From positions 448,001 through 512,000 of the forward strand of contig CAWKDB010000002.1 in assembly GCA_963848295.1 (NCBI GenBank): a stretch of DNA of 64,000 nt. The letters run 5' to 3'. The translations under genes and the position numbers were made by a program. The notes beneath the pieces are model-generated. The model saw nothing but the letters and a program-made list of their open reading frames with translations. It had not been told where the DNA came from and searched no databases. This document shows, one piece after another, positions 1-11,336 of the stretch. Positions within the stretch are counted from its first letter, which is position 1; each line of letters opens with the position of its first letter. Origin of the DNA: an uncultured delta proteobacterium. GTDB lineage: Bacteria; Myxococcota_A; Polyangia; Haliangiales; Haliangiaceae.

Positions 1-650
1 GCCTGCTCGGCGCGCGGCGCGGCGGCCATCGGTTGAGCCGGCGCGCGCGGCGGCGCCGAAACCGGGGGCTCGACGGCGACTTCGCGGACCGGGCGGCGCT
101 CTTCGCGGACCGCTGGCGCCGGCGCCGGCTCGGCAGCGTGAACGACCGGTGTCGGCTCGGGGCGCGGCGCAGGGGCCGGCTTCGCGGCGGGCGCGGGGGC
201 CGGTGCGGGCGGCGGCGGTGCGACAACCACCGGTGGCGCTTCCACCACGACCGGAGCCGGCTTCGCAGCCGGGGAACGTGCGACGACCGGGGCCGGCGCA
301 GGTGCGGCAGGCTCTTCCGCCACGGCGCGACGACGAGCCGGCGCCGGGGCGGCGGCGACAGCCGGCGCGGGCGTCGACCGAACCTCTTCGGCAGCTTTCT
401 CGCTGGTTTCTCCAGCTTTGTCGGCGCTCGAGCGGCGCCGAAGCACCGCGCCGCCGGTCGAAAGCCGCTGCGTCTGCTGAGGTTGCACCACCGCCTGCTT
501 CTCCTTCTCCAACGACCTTTTGATCCTCGCGACGTCATCGGCGTCGAGCGAGGACATGTGATTGTTCACTTCGAGACCGAGTGCGCGGATCTTCGCGATG
601 AGGTCCTTGTTAGGAATCCCCACCTCTTTGGCAATCTCGTAAACGCGCAT
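1..650 (-). CDS. infB: Translation initiation factor IF-2, N-terminal part (runs off the window start)
   Basis: Read manually: ATG at 650 after GGAGAG gives [36 protein letters not shown] (IF2_N motif) then an Ala/Pro-rich linker; canonical position after nusA-ylxR. Absent from the ORF track because the stop lies outside the window. Confidence 0.93.
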   Translation of the reverse strand, partial: MRVYEIAKEVGIPNKDLIAKIRALGLEVNNHMSSLDADDVARIKRSLEKEKQAVVQPQQTQRLSTGGAVLRRRSSADKAGETSEKAAEEVRSTPAPAVAAAPAPARRRAVAEEPAAPAPAPVVARSPAAKPAPVVVEAPPVVVAPPPPAPAPAPAAKPAPAPRPEPTPVVHAAEPAPAPAVREERRPVREVAVEPPVSAPPRAPAQPMAAAPRAEQ

Positions 651-661
651 CTTCTCTCCGG

Positions 662-1008
662 TCAATCCTTCGCCTGAAGCCGAGCGGGTTTTACAGCTTC
701 TGCCCGCATGTGGCCAGCGCCGAGTTCAGCGTTGAGATCGCTGACTTGTCCTGAATTGTCGTCGGCTCGTGACATCTCGGCGACGGTGCCACGAACGTCG
801 TCGGCCGACACCGTGCGGCGCAGGCTGCGGCCGAGGCCAGCTTGCATCGCCGCGACGCAGCTCCCGCGCGCGTGTACATACGCGCCGCGACCCGGTGCTT
901 CGCGAGAGTGGTCGATCACCACCCCGCGACCCTCCGCCCAGACCAACCGGACGAGGTTGGTGCGCGCGTCGACTCGACGGCAGCCCGCACACGTACGCTG
1001 CGGACGGC

Positions 1009-1012
<4 letters not shown>
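662..1012 (-). CDS. ylxR: YlxR/RnpM (DUF448) RNA-binding protein, probable CTG start
   Basis: Extending ORF 662..946 upstream gives (M)[23 protein letters not shown]...PGRGAYVH, with the PxRxCxxC and GRGAY family motifs; lies between nusA and infB. Confidence 0.88.
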
Positions 1013-2595
<1,583 letters not shown>

Positions 2596-2597
2596 GG

Positions 2598-3230
2598 CTA
2601 ACCCTGTTCCTTGTGCTTGGGCGGTTTCGGTTTGTGACTCGGTCGATGCCCCGGTTTGATCGGTCTTGGCTCTGGCGCGCCGACGCCGCTGCGACCGCGC
2701 ATGACCGCGTCCCAGTCGGGCACCAGCTTCGCGTGGTCGATGTCGGCGAGCACGAGCTCGAAGCGCTGGCCGTCGCAGTCGATCGCGATGCGCTCGTGGC
2801 CGGTTTCAGCGGCGACGCCGCGCAGGGTGCCGCGAAAGTTGCGGCGCTCCCCGGTCGGCAGCTGCAACGGAACCGCGAGCTGGATCTTGGCTTCGCTGCC
2901 GACGAAGTGCGCGAAGTGCGCGGCGGTGCGCAGCGGGCGATCGATGCCGGGCGAGCTGACCTCGAGGCTGTACGCCTGGGGAATCGGGTCGTCGACATCG
3001 AGCACCGCCGACAGCTCCCGCGACAAGTCTTCACAGCGTGACAAGTCGACGCGTTCCGCGGGCACGTCGCCGAGGTTCGCGTCGGCCGGCAGCGGCAGAT
3101 CGACTTGCACGCGCAACGTCCAGCCGCCCTGCTCGAGCAGGAACCGAACGTCGACCAGCTCGAGCCCGCCGGCTTGGCAGACGGGCTCGATGATCGAGAT
3201 CAGGCGAGTTTGGAGGGGGTTGCGAGACAT
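2598..3230 (-). CDS. rimP: Ribosome maturation factor RimP
   Basis: [24 protein letters not shown] motif; start reassigned to ATG at 3230 (MSRNPLQ), just downstream of the leader terminator. Confidence 0.95.
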   Translation of the reverse strand: MSRNPLQTRLISIIEPVCQAGGLELVDVRFLLEQGGWTLRVQVDLPLPADANLGDVPAERVDLSRCEDLSRELSAVLDVDDPIPQAYSLEVSSPGIDRPLRTAAHFAHFVGSEAKIQLAVPLQLPTGERRNFRGTLRGVAAETGHERIAIDCDGQRFELVLADIDHAKLVPDWDAVMRGRSGVGAPEPRPIKPGHRPSHKPKPPKHKEQG

Positions 3231-3250
3231 TTGAGGGATGCGTTTGGGCG

Positions 3251-3277
3251 AAAAAAAAGGTGGCCGAGTGGCCACCT
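3251..3277 (-). terminator. Intrinsic terminator/attenuator in the rimP-nusA-infB leader
   Basis: Minus strand AGGTGGCC-ACTC-GGCCACCT followed by a T-tract, about 20 nt upstream of the rimP ATG. Confidence 0.8.
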
Positions 3278-3306
3278 CACCGCGGGAGCGATTGAAGCTG
3301 GGAGGG

Positions 3307-3335
3307 TTGCTACCATTCCCTCGAGGACATCGCAA
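3307..3335 (-). promoter_or_regulatory. Possible sigma70-type promoter of the rimP operon
   Basis: Minus strand TTGCGA-17 nt-TAGCAA with TG at the extended -10 position, just upstream of the leader terminator; weak -10 match. Confidence 0.3.
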
Positions 3336-3408
3336 GGTGTTTGCACCTGCGCCGGAGAACAGCGGACCAGAAACAGGGCGCGCACAACGGAGATCCGAGC
3401 CCGGTGCG

Positions 3409-4260
3409 TCAGAACTGCATTGGCGCAAAATGTCTGGGGATTATTAGCTTCGATCGCGGCGAGCAGCGGGACACCTCGGCGGCGAAGGCCGCGAGGTCGG
3501 AGTCGGGGTCCGCGTCGACCGGCGGCCCGGTGAAGTCGTCGAAGTGGGTGGCGATCACGACCGGTGGATCGCCGAGCGTATGGAGAAGGCGACAGGTGTA
3601 GTCGTGGATCCTGGCGCGCAGGCCGGGAGCGACGATGACGATCTCGGGGCGAAGGCCGACGAGCTCGCGCTCGATGAAGTTCGCGGTGTCGAACACGAGG
3701 ATCTCGCGGCGGCCGATTCGGATCAGATACGCGAGCGTGCCGCCTTCGGCGTAGCCAGATGCGGGCATCGGCAACGCGGGGTGGTCGACGATCTCGCCGA
3801 GGAGGTTCGACGCGCCGATCTCGGAGTGCAGGCTCGGGATGACGCGGACCGAGAACCCATCGAGCTCGAGATCCTCGCCGCCTTTGACCGCGATCAACCG
3901 ATCCTCGGGCACGCCGGCCGCGCGCCCCACCCGGATCGTGCTCGCGCTGCCGAGGAGCTTCGCCCCCGTGCGTAGCGCGACCGCCGGAGCGTCGAGTAGA
4001 TGGTCGAAGTGCGAGTGGCCGACCATGACGAGCGCCGCGTGCGGCGGTGCGTGCGCCGCGATCGCCGCGACATCAGGGACGAGCGGTACGTCGCGATCTG
4101 CCGGCCGCGAGAAGTACGGATCGGCGAGGATCGTGTGGCCGCCGGCGTCGAGCTGCCAGCCGGCGACGCCGAGATAGGTCAGCGTCAGGGGCCGCGCCGC
4201 TGGTTTCGCAATGGCGGCTCCGCAACCGGCGGCGATGAGAAATGCGAGGCAGCGAAGCAC
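3409..4260 (-). CDS. MBL-fold metallo-hydrolase (UlaG/beta-lactamase superfamily), probable lipoprotein
   Basis: LTYLGVAGW, ILADPYFSR, HSHFDH (HxHxDH), ATHFDDF; signal-like VLRCLAFLIAAGC. Start approximate (GTG 4260). Confidence 0.85.
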   Translation of the reverse strand: MLRCLAFLIAAGCGAAIAKPAARPLTLTYLGVAGWQLDAGGHTILADPYFSRPADRDVPLVPDVAAIAAHAPPHAALVMVGHSHFDHLLDAPAVALRTGAKLLGSASTIRVGRAAGVPEDRLIAVKGGEDLELDGFSVRVIPSLHSEIGASNLLGEIVDHPALPMPASGYAEGGTLAYLIRIGRREILVFDTANFIERELVGLRPEIVIVAPGLRARIHDYTCRLLHTLGDPPVVIATHFDDFTGPPVDADPDSDLAAFAAEVSRCSPRSKLIIPRHFAPMQF

Positions 4261-4316
4261 GGGCCGGACCAACGCACGACGTTCGCGAGGTATTCGCGTT
4301 GCTCGTAGCCGAGAAC

Positions 4317-4925
4317 GTTCATGTGACCCACGGGGGTCACATGAACCACGGGGGTCGTCGCGACCGCGAGCGCTCACGTGACCCACGGGGGTCGTCGCGA
4401 CCGCGAGCGATCATGTGACCCACGGGGGTCGTCGCGACCGCGAGCGATCATGTGACCCACGGGGGTCGTCGCGATCGCGAGCGATCATGTGACCCACGGG
4501 GGTCGTCGCGACCGCGAGCGATCATGTGACCCACGGGGGTCGTCGCGACCGCGAGCGATCATGTGACCCACGGGGGTCGTCGCGACCGCGAGCGATCATG
4601 TGACCCACGGGGGTCGTCGCGACCGCGAGCGTTCACCTGACCCACGGGGGTGGTCGCGACCGCGAGCGTTCACCTGACCCACGGTGGTCGTCGCGACCGC
4701 GAGCGATCATGTGACCCAGGGGGTCGTCGCGACCGCGAGCGTTCACCTCACCCACGGGGGTCGTCGCGACCGCGAGTCGTTCATGTGACCCACGGGGGTC
4801 GTCGCGACCGCGAATCGTTCATGTGACCCACGGGGGTCGTCGCGACCGCGAGTCGTTCATGTGACCCACGGGGGTCGTCGCGACCGCGAGTCGTTCATGT
4901 GACCCACGGGGGTCGTCGCCCCGCG
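4317..4925. repeat. Tandem array of about 16 copies of a 37-bp (36-38) palindromic unit with no spacers
   Basis: Consensus CATGTGACCCACGGGGGTCGTCGCGACCGCGAGCGAT; core ACCCAC-like positions at 4344, 4381, 4418, 4455, 4492, 4529, 4566, 4603, 4640, 4677, 4714, 4750, 4788, 4826, 4864, 4902. Confidence 0.97.
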
Positions 4926-4961
4926 ATCGCGCCGATTCGGCGACCGTGCTAACACGATGTC

Positions 4962-5795
4962 ATGACGTGGCAACTCCGCGTAGCCGCCGTCCAGATGCGG
5001 TCGACCGAGGATCTCGCGGCCAACCTCACGACCTGCGGGGCCCTCGCCGGCCAGGCTGCCGCCGACGGCGCCCAGCTGGTGGTGTTGCCGGAGTGTTTCT
5101 CGTTCCTGGGCAAAGGAGAAGGCGACAAGCTCGCCATCGCGGAGAACCTCGACCTGCGCACCGGCCCGGTGATGACGATGCTGCGCGAGGTCGCGACCAA
5201 GCACGGCGTGTGGATGATCGGCGGCGGGACACCGGAGCTCGTGCCGGGAGATCCGCAGCGCACGTTCAATACCGCAGTCGTTGTCGATCCGGGCGGCAAC
5301 CTGGTCGCGCGCTATCGCAAGATCCACTTATTCGACGTGGACATCCCCGGTGGTGCGACGCTCAAGGAATCCGAGAGCACCGCGCCCGGCGAGGATCTGA
5401 TCTCGCTCGATATCGGCGGCGCGCCGGTCGGCCTATCGATTTGCTACGACGTCCGGTTTCCGGAGCTCTATCGCAAGCTGGTCAAGGACATGGGCTCGCA
5501 GGTCCTGCTCGTGCCCGCGGCGTTCACCGCGCATACCGGCGCCGCGCACTGGGAGCTCCTGCTCCGCGCACGCGCCGTCGAGGATCAAGCGTGGGTGGTC
5601 GCACCGGCGCAGTGGGGCCGGCACAACGCGAAGCGCGAGAGCTTCGGCCACACGCTGATCGCGGATCCGTGGGGCACGATCGTGGGCGAGCGCGCCGACG
5701 GCGATGGCGTCGTGATCGCGACCCTAGATGGCGAAACGGTCGCGAAGCGCCGCACCCAGATGCCGGTGCTCAAGCACGCGGTCCTCTGGCGCTAA
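4962..5795 (+). CDS. Carbon-nitrogen hydrolase (Nit1-like amidase)
   Basis: Catalytic triad motifs LVVLPE, YRKIHLFDV, GLSICYDVRFPEL; AHWELLLRARAVE; SFGHTLIADPWG. Confidence 0.93.
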   Translation: MTWQLRVAAVQMRSTEDLAANLTTCGALAGQAAADGAQLVVLPECFSFLGKGEGDKLAIAENLDLRTGPVMTMLREVATKHGVWMIGGGTPELVPGDPQRTFNTAVVVDPGGNLVARYRKIHLFDVDIPGGATLKESESTAPGEDLISLDIGGAPVGLSICYDVRFPELYRKLVKDMGSQVLLVPAAFTAHTGAAHWELLLRARAVEDQAWVVAPAQWGRHNAKRESFGHTLIADPWGTIVGERADGDGVVIATLDGETVAKRRTQMPVLKHAVLWR

Positions 5796-5803
5796 CCCGC
5801 CCC

Positions 5804-6163
5804 CTAGTGCGCCGAGCCCGAGCCGGTCGCGTGCGCCGCTCGATACTTCTCGATCGCGTCCTTCGTCTGCTGCTCGGTCATGTCCGGCGTGAGGTGCAGG
5901 TAGTCGCTGCCGCTGCCGATCGCTGATCCGGCCGAACCGGAGCCCGCGCTGCCGCTGCCGTTGTCGAATTTGGCGAAGAACGTGCCGACCGCGTCGCCGC
6001 ACGGCTTCGCGAACACGATGACCGCGATCAGCATGATCACGGTGAACGCGATGCGGAACAGATCGGGACCGCGCAACCGCATCCCGCGACCGCGCGGCAG
6101 CTTGACCACTGGCTCGTCGTCGGGCTCGGAGGGCTCGGGGCTCGGGTTCGCCACGTCGGTCAC
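5804..6163 (-). CDS. Hypothetical single-TM membrane protein
   Basis: Hydrophobic segment IAFTVIMLIAVIVFA, GS-rich linker; co-oriented downstream of recJ. Confidence 0.7.
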   Translation of the reverse strand: MTDVANPSPEPSEPDDEPVVKLPRGRGMRLRGPDLFRIAFTVIMLIAVIVFAKPCGDAVGTFFAKFDNGSGSAGSGSAGSAIGSGSDYLHLTPDMTEQQTKDAIEKYRAAHATGSGSAH

Positions 6164-6189
6164 GCGGACGATCTACCACGCCGATGAGC

Positions 6190-7905
6190 TCACGACACGA
6201 TCGCGAGGTCCGACAGCTCGAGCTCGGCGCTGCGCCTACCCTGCCACGTCGACACGGTCGGCACGAACGCGAGATCGACGCGCATGCCGACCTCGATCGG
6301 GCGATCGCCCAGCCGAAACCCGATCGCGGACCGCGACGATTGCTGATCGTCCTCGACCGTCAGCCGCAAGTGCGAGCCGTCGCCGACGCGGCGGACCGCG
6401 GTGACCTTCGCGTGGCGCGTGGCGAGCAGCGGCGCCGGGTTCTCCTGGCCGAACGGGCCGAGGTTCGCGAGCTCGGTGGCGAGGCGCTCGTCGATGTCGC
6501 CGAGCCGCACCTCGGCATCGACGTCGGACGCGGTCTGGACCGGACCGGAGCCGAGCGCGAGGCGGCCGACCGCACCGGCCAGCATCTCGGCGAGCTGCGG
6601 CATGGCAGCGCGCTGGATCGTGAAGCCGGCCGCTGCCGCGTGACCGCCGAAGCGATCCAAGCACGGCGCCGCCTCGGCGAGCGCGTCGTACAGGTTGATG
6701 CCGCCGACCGTGCGCGCCGACCCCCGGCCCAGACCGGTCTCGGGATCGACTCCGACGACGAACGCCGGCCGGTGAAACTTGTCGACGAGCTTCGCCGCGA
6801 CGATGCCGACCACGCCGGAGGGCCAACCCTCGCCCGCGAGCACGATCGCCGGGCCGGGATCGGCGTCGCCGAGCTTGGCCAGTGCTTCGGTCATCACGCG
6901 CTCTTGGATCGTCCGGCGCTCGGCGTTCGCGATCTCGAGTGCTCGCGCGCAGCCCTCGGCACTCGCTGCGTCGGCGAGCAGCAGCGCGAGCGACGGTTCG
7001 GCATCGCCGAGGCGCCCGGGCGCGTTGATCCGCGGCGCGATCTTCCAAGCCACGGTGCGCGCGTCGACCTCGCGATCACCATCGACACCGGCGGCGGCGA
7101 GCAACGCGGCGATGCCCGGGCGCACGCGACTCTGCAAGCGACGCAAGCCGAGCGACGTCAGGATCCGATTCTCGGCGGTGAGCGGCACGAGGTCGGCGAT
7201 CGTGCCGAGCGCGACGAGGTCGAGCAGATCGCGAACATCGGGCTCGCGCCGCGTGCGAAAATGTCCGCGATCGCGGAGCTCGGTGCGCACCGAGCCGGCG
7301 ACGTAGAACGCGAGGCCGACCGACGCCATGCCGCGAAACGGGAACGTCGAGTCAGCGCGAAACGGATTGACGAGCGCCGCCGCGGGGTGCGCGACGCCGG
7401 CCGCCGGCACGGTGTGGTGATCCACGACGATGACCCGCGCGCCGCGCTCGGCCGCAGCGCGGATCGAGTCGCCATCGCTCGTGCCGCAGTCGCCGGTGAT
7501 GATCAGCTTGCAGCCGCGGTCGCAGAAGTCGAGCGCCGCGCCGAGCGTGAAGCCGTAGCCAGCGTCGCGTCGCGCGACCGCGACCACGACATCGCCCCCG
7601 GCCGCGCGCAGGAATGAAGCGAGCAACGTCGCGGTCGTGATGCCGTCGACGTCGTAGTCGCCGAACACGCCGATCCGCTCGCCGCGCGTGATCGCATCGG
7701 CGATCAGCGGAACCGCGGTCGACAGGCCGGCGAGCCCGACCGGCGGGCGCAGCGCCGCGAGCCGCGGATCGATGAAGCCCTGGGCGTCCCGAGGCTCGGC
7801 GACGCCGCGAGCGACGAGGCAGCGCGCGGTCACCGGCCGAACGCCGAGCGCGGTCGCGAGCCGACTGGCGGCGCGATCGTCGACCGAACGAACTCGAAGC
7901 TCCAC
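6190..7905 (-). CDS. recJ: Single-stranded-DNA exonuclease RecJ
   Basis: GDYDVDG, DCGT, VVDHH, GTIADLVPL, PRINAPGRL, FGGHAAAAG, PFGQENP. Start approximate (GTG 7905; ORF extends to 7971). Confidence 0.96.
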   Translation of the reverse strand: MELRVRSVDDRAASRLATALGVRPVTARCLVARGVAEPRDAQGFIDPRLAALRPPVGLAGLSTAVPLIADAITRGERIGVFGDYDVDGITTATLLASFLRAAGGDVVVAVARRDAGYGFTLGAALDFCDRGCKLIITGDCGTSDGDSIRAAAERGARVIVVDHHTVPAAGVAHPAAALVNPFRADSTFPFRGMASVGLAFYVAGSVRTELRDRGHFRTRREPDVRDLLDLVALGTIADLVPLTAENRILTSLGLRRLQSRVRPGIAALLAAAGVDGDREVDARTVAWKIAPRINAPGRLGDAEPSLALLLADAASAEGCARALEIANAERRTIQERVMTEALAKLGDADPGPAIVLAGEGWPSGVVGIVAAKLVDKFHRPAFVVGVDPETGLGRGSARTVGGINLYDALAEAAPCLDRFGGHAAAAGFTIQRAAMPQLAEMLAGAVGRLALGSGPVQTASDVDAEVRLGDIDERLATELANLGPFGQENPAPLLATRHAKVTAVRRVGDGSHLRLTVEDDQQSSRSAIGFRLGDRPIEVGMRVDLAFVPTVSTWQGRRSAELELSDLAIVS

Positions 7906-7976
7906 GTACGCACCGTAGACGCTGGGTCTGACAGAACTGCGCGAGATCAAAGCGATCCCGGGATCTCTCACAGCGA

Positions 7977-8918
7977 CTAGTGCTTGCGATACAGGTAGTG
8001 GCCAGCCGCCGTCCGAAGATCGGCATCGGACCAGGCGCGAAAGCGGGGCGCGAGCTGCGATCGCGCGATCCCCGGCGCTCCAGCGAGGGCGGCGGCCTCG
8101 TCATCGACCCAGCGGCGTTCGCCGGAGCCGGTGTCGTAGATCAACCGGCGCACCGCGATGCGCTCGAGGCCGGCTCGCTCGAACGCGGCAGCGACCTCGG
8201 TCGACGCGAGTCGCGCGTGATAGCCGAGGCGATGGCCGAGCACGGCGCGATAGATCGACTCGGGCCACGCGAGGTGCGCGAAGAACGCGATCCCGTTGTC
8301 GGCGTGATGCAGGTGATCGCGGTGATCGTAGACGTGCGAGCTCAGGCCGCCGGGCCGCAACGCGCGCGCTTGGTGGGCGACAAACGCGGCGAGCTCGGCC
8401 GGCGACTCGTGCTCGAGCGCTCCACCGGAGTGGCACAGGTCGATCGCATCGTCGCGGATCGCGCTCGGCTCCTGCTCGCGCACCGCCGCCACCGCGGCGA
8501 GCGCCTCGGCGATCGACAGCCAGCGCACACCTTCGATCACGCGGCGGCGGTCGTCCGGCACCGCGCCCGCAGGCCACGCAGCGTCGAGCGCCCCGGCTCG
8601 CGCGCGGTCGAGGTAGCGCGGCAACATCGCCTCGTCGCCGGTGAGCACCGCGCCGCGCCCGGTCAGCATGAACGCGGCGAACGGGAGGAACGGCGTCGCG
8701 CCGGCGTCGTGCAACCACAGCGCGCGCCCTTCGAGCTCGATGCCGAAGCGCCGCCACGTCGCGACGTAGCCGGGCCACACGCGCGCGAGCTTGTCGACGT
8801 GACTCGCCGCCGTACCGAGGCCGTAGCCACCTCGCGTCAGCGCGCGATACAGCGCGGGGCCACCCGGTGCGCGACCGAAGCCGAGCTGGACCGCGCCCTT
8901 GGTGATCGCCTTGATCAT
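7977..8918 (-). CDS. Class I SAM-dependent methyltransferase-like protein
   Basis: IDLCHSGGALEH...RALRPGG...YDHRDH pattern; ATG at 8918 overlaps the VanW-gene stop (ATGA). Confidence 0.65.
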   Translation of the reverse strand: MIKAITKGAVQLGFGRAPGGPALYRALTRGGYGLGTAASHVDKLARVWPGYVATWRRFGIELEGRALWLHDAGATPFLPFAAFMLTGRGAVLTGDEAMLPRYLDRARAGALDAAWPAGAVPDDRRRVIEGVRWLSIAEALAAVAAVREQEPSAIRDDAIDLCHSGGALEHESPAELAAFVAHQARALRPGGLSSHVYDHRDHLHHADNGIAFFAHLAWPESIYRAVLGHRLGYHARLASTEVAAAFERAGLERIAVRRLIYDTGSGERRWVDDEAAALAGAPGIARSQLAPRFRAWSDADLRTAAGHYLYRKH

Positions 8919-9724
8919 GCGACCCGCTCGACCGCGACATCCGGTGGCAGGGCGTACGCGATCCGCCCGCGGTTGTGCGCGACCTCGTGATCGACGAGCA
9001 GCGCGCCGTCGCTCGCGCGCATGATCCGCCGGCGGATCCGGTTCTCGCGCCAGATCGCGCCGTCGGATCCGTAGACGAAGCGATGGTCGACCTCGTAGAC
9101 CTCGGCGCGCACGTCGGTCGGCCGCTCGCTGCGCAGCTCGCCGACCAGGTCGCCGTCGACCAGCCCGATCCGGAGCACGACCGGCACGTCGAGCGGATTG
9201 CCGAAGCGCAGATCGGCCCAGTTGTAGAACACGGTCGCACCGCAGCCGAACGGCACGCGGCGATCCGAATCGGCGAACAGATCGAGCGTGTGGCGATGGC
9301 GTTCGACGATCGTCTGCGCGCCGACCAACGCGAGGTAGTAAAGCAAGTTCGCGACCTGGCATGCGCCCCCTCCGACGCCCTCGGCGAGCGCACCATCGTG
9401 GAGCTCGAGCCCCGCCGCGAAGCCGCGTCGCTGCGATGGCCGGCCGACCGCGTGGTGATACGACAGCACGCGACCCGGCGCGATCACGCGGCGATCGAGC
9501 CGCGCCGCCGCGACCGCGACGTTACGCTCCTTGCCCGCTTGCAACCGCGGATCGCCGCTCGTCCCGGGGCGGCGAAGCGGCGAGGTATGCCGCGCGATCA
9601 CGCAGTCCCAATCGTCGCCCCCGCGCGGCAACCCGAACCGCGGCGCTTCGACAAGCCAGCGCGGCCAGCGCCGGGCGCGCGCGAGCTCGACCCTCAGCGC
9701 GCGCGGTAGCAGCTCGCGGAACAT
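8915..9724 (-). CDS. VanW family protein
   Basis: GKERNVAVAAARLD...IAPG, GGGACQVANLLY, ERHRH, GATVFYNWADLRFGN. Confidence 0.88.
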   Translation of the reverse strand: MFRELLPRALRVELARARRWPRWLVEAPRFGLPRGGDDWDCVIARHTSPLRRPGTSGDPRLQAGKERNVAVAAARLDRRVIAPGRVLSYHHAVGRPSQRRGFAAGLELHDGALAEGVGGGACQVANLLYYLALVGAQTIVERHRHTLDLFADSDRRVPFGCGATVFYNWADLRFGNPLDVPVVLRIGLVDGDLVGELRSERPTDVRAEVYEVDHRFVYGSDGAIWRENRIRRRIMRASDGALLVDHEVAHNRGRIAYALPPDVAVERVA

Positions 9725-9760
9725 CGCAAGGACTCTAACGCGCGAGCGTGCGCGGTTGTT

Positions 9761-10054
9761 CTATCGTCGAGCGATGGCCCGCGGCAACTTGGTCGCTTTG
9801 GCCGTGGCGTAGGCTCGGCGGCGCGCGAAGACGACGAGCTGCGCGAGCACGACGCACACGACGAACGGAATCGCGAACTCGAACGATTCGGCGCTGATCT
9901 GGGCCTTACCTCGTGCCCCGGCGAGCTCCGGAAACAGCCACAGCACGCTCGCGATGAGGCCGATGCCGCTGATCGCCAGCCTGATCTGGCGATCGCGCTG
10001 GACCCGCTCGATATCCTCGGCCCAGTCGTTCTCGCCCTCGCCGCCGTCGTTCAC
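9761..10054 (-). CDS. Hypothetical small membrane protein (2 TM)
   Basis: Two hydrophobic stretches; starts immediately after the secF stop. Confidence 0.6.
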   Translation of the reverse strand: MNDGGEGENDWAEDIERVQRDRQIRLAISGIGLIASVLWLFPELAGARGKAQISAESFEFAIPFVVCVVLAQLVVFARRRAYATAKATKLPRAIARR

Positions 10055-10055
10055 A

Positions 10056-11321
10056 TTACTCCACGGGGACCGGCGCCGGTGCGCGCCGCTTCGGCGCCGG
10101 GCCCGAATAGTAGCGCCGCGAGATGTACATGAAGATCGGCGCGGCCAGGAAGATCGACGAGTACGTGCCGACGATGACCCCGATGTTCATCGCGAACGCG
10201 AAGTTCCGCACCAGGCCGACGCCGAAGATGTTCATGATCAGCGTGGTGGCGAACACCGTCGCCGACGTCAGGATCGTGCGCACGAGCATCTCGTTGATCG
10301 AGATGTCGATGATCCGCTCGATCTTCTTGTCCTTGAGCTTCGCCTGGTTCTCGCGGATGCGATCGAACACGATCACCGTGTCGTTGACCGAGTAACCCAT
10401 CACGGTGAGCAATCCGGCTACCGAGACCAGTGACACGTCGGTCCACGTGACCGCGAACACGCCGATCACCATCACCGCGTCGTGGATCGTCGCGAACGCC
10501 GCGCCGGGTGCGTAGCGGATATCGAACCGGAATGCGAGGTACAGCATGATCAGGAAGATCGCGTAGACGATCGACTTCGCCGCGTCATTGCGCAGCTTGT
10601 CGCCGGCCTTCGCGCCGACGCCGCTCGAGTCCTCGACGGTCACCTGGACGCCGAGCGACTTCTCGAGCACCTGTTGGAACTGGCGATCGAGACCCCACAT
10701 CGCGAACGACGCGTGGTACTCGTGCGTGCCTTCGTCGGGATGGGTGTACTGCTCTGTCTCCTTGTCGAGCCACGGCTTGAGCTCGAGCCCGAGCGCAGCA
10801 AACACCGGCGCAGCTTCCGCGTTCGTGATCTCTTTCTGCGAGCGCACGTTCAACCGCTCGCCCGACCAGGTCGCCTTGAGGATCTTCTGGCCGGGCATCG
10901 CGTCGAACTTCGCTTGAAATGCGGCGCTCGCCTTGTTCGCATCCTCGGCCTTGAGCACCGAGAACCGCGGCGTCTGGACGAGCATGCCGTGGACCGTGAC
11001 CTTCTTCGCATCGGCCCACGACTTCTCGCCGACGTCGAAGCCCTGTTCGCCGGCCTTGTCGAGCGCCTCGCGAACCTTGCCCGGATCGACCGAGACGTAG
11101 TTACCGGCCTTGTCCTTGAACGAGAACGTGATCTCGGTGCCGCCCTTGAAATCGATCGTCCAGTTCATGTAGTCGCCGCGCGTCGCCTTGTTGACGAACA
11201 AGGCGCCGATGCTGGCGGCCATGAGCAGACACGAGATGACGATCCAGATCCGAAACTTGGCGACGAACGCGAAGTTGTTGCCGGGCGGAAGCAGGTAACG
11301 GAATTTGTGGTGCTCGCTCAT
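10056..11321 (-). CDS. secF: Protein translocase subunit SecF
   Basis: IDFKGG, IHD, GYSVNDTVIVFDRIREN, GTYSSIFLA. Confidence 0.97.
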   Translation of the reverse strand: MSEHHKFRYLLPPGNNFAFVAKFRIWIVISCLLMAASIGALFVNKATRGDYMNWTIDFKGGTEITFSFKDKAGNYVSVDPGKVREALDKAGEQGFDVGEKSWADAKKVTVHGMLVQTPRFSVLKAEDANKASAAFQAKFDAMPGQKILKATWSGERLNVRSQKEITNAEAAPVFAALGLELKPWLDKETEQYTHPDEGTHEYHASFAMWGLDRQFQQVLEKSLGVQVTVEDSSGVGAKAGDKLRNDAAKSIVYAIFLIMLYLAFRFDIRYAPGAAFATIHDAVMVIGVFAVTWTDVSLVSVAGLLTVMGYSVNDTVIVFDRIRENQAKLKDKKIERIIDISINEMLVRTILTSATVFATTLIMNIFGVGLVRNFAFAMNIGVIVGTYSSIFLAAPIFMYISRRYYSGPAPKRRAPAPVPVE

Positions 11322-11336
11322 CGTCTGGTTCCTTCC

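Noticed and set aside
3280..3410. tRNA-Met (metY) upstream of rimP as in enterobacteria
   Set aside because: No cloverleaf or T-loop GTTCRA pattern could be read on either strand.
4317..4925. CRISPR array
   Set aside because: Units are directly adjacent with no unique spacers, and there are no cas genes in the window.
3409..9724. Antibiotic resistance genes (MBL as beta-lactamase, VanW as vancomycin resistance)
   Set aside because: Both are broad superfamilies; no vanHAX/vanRS genes and no class B beta-lactamase-specific context.
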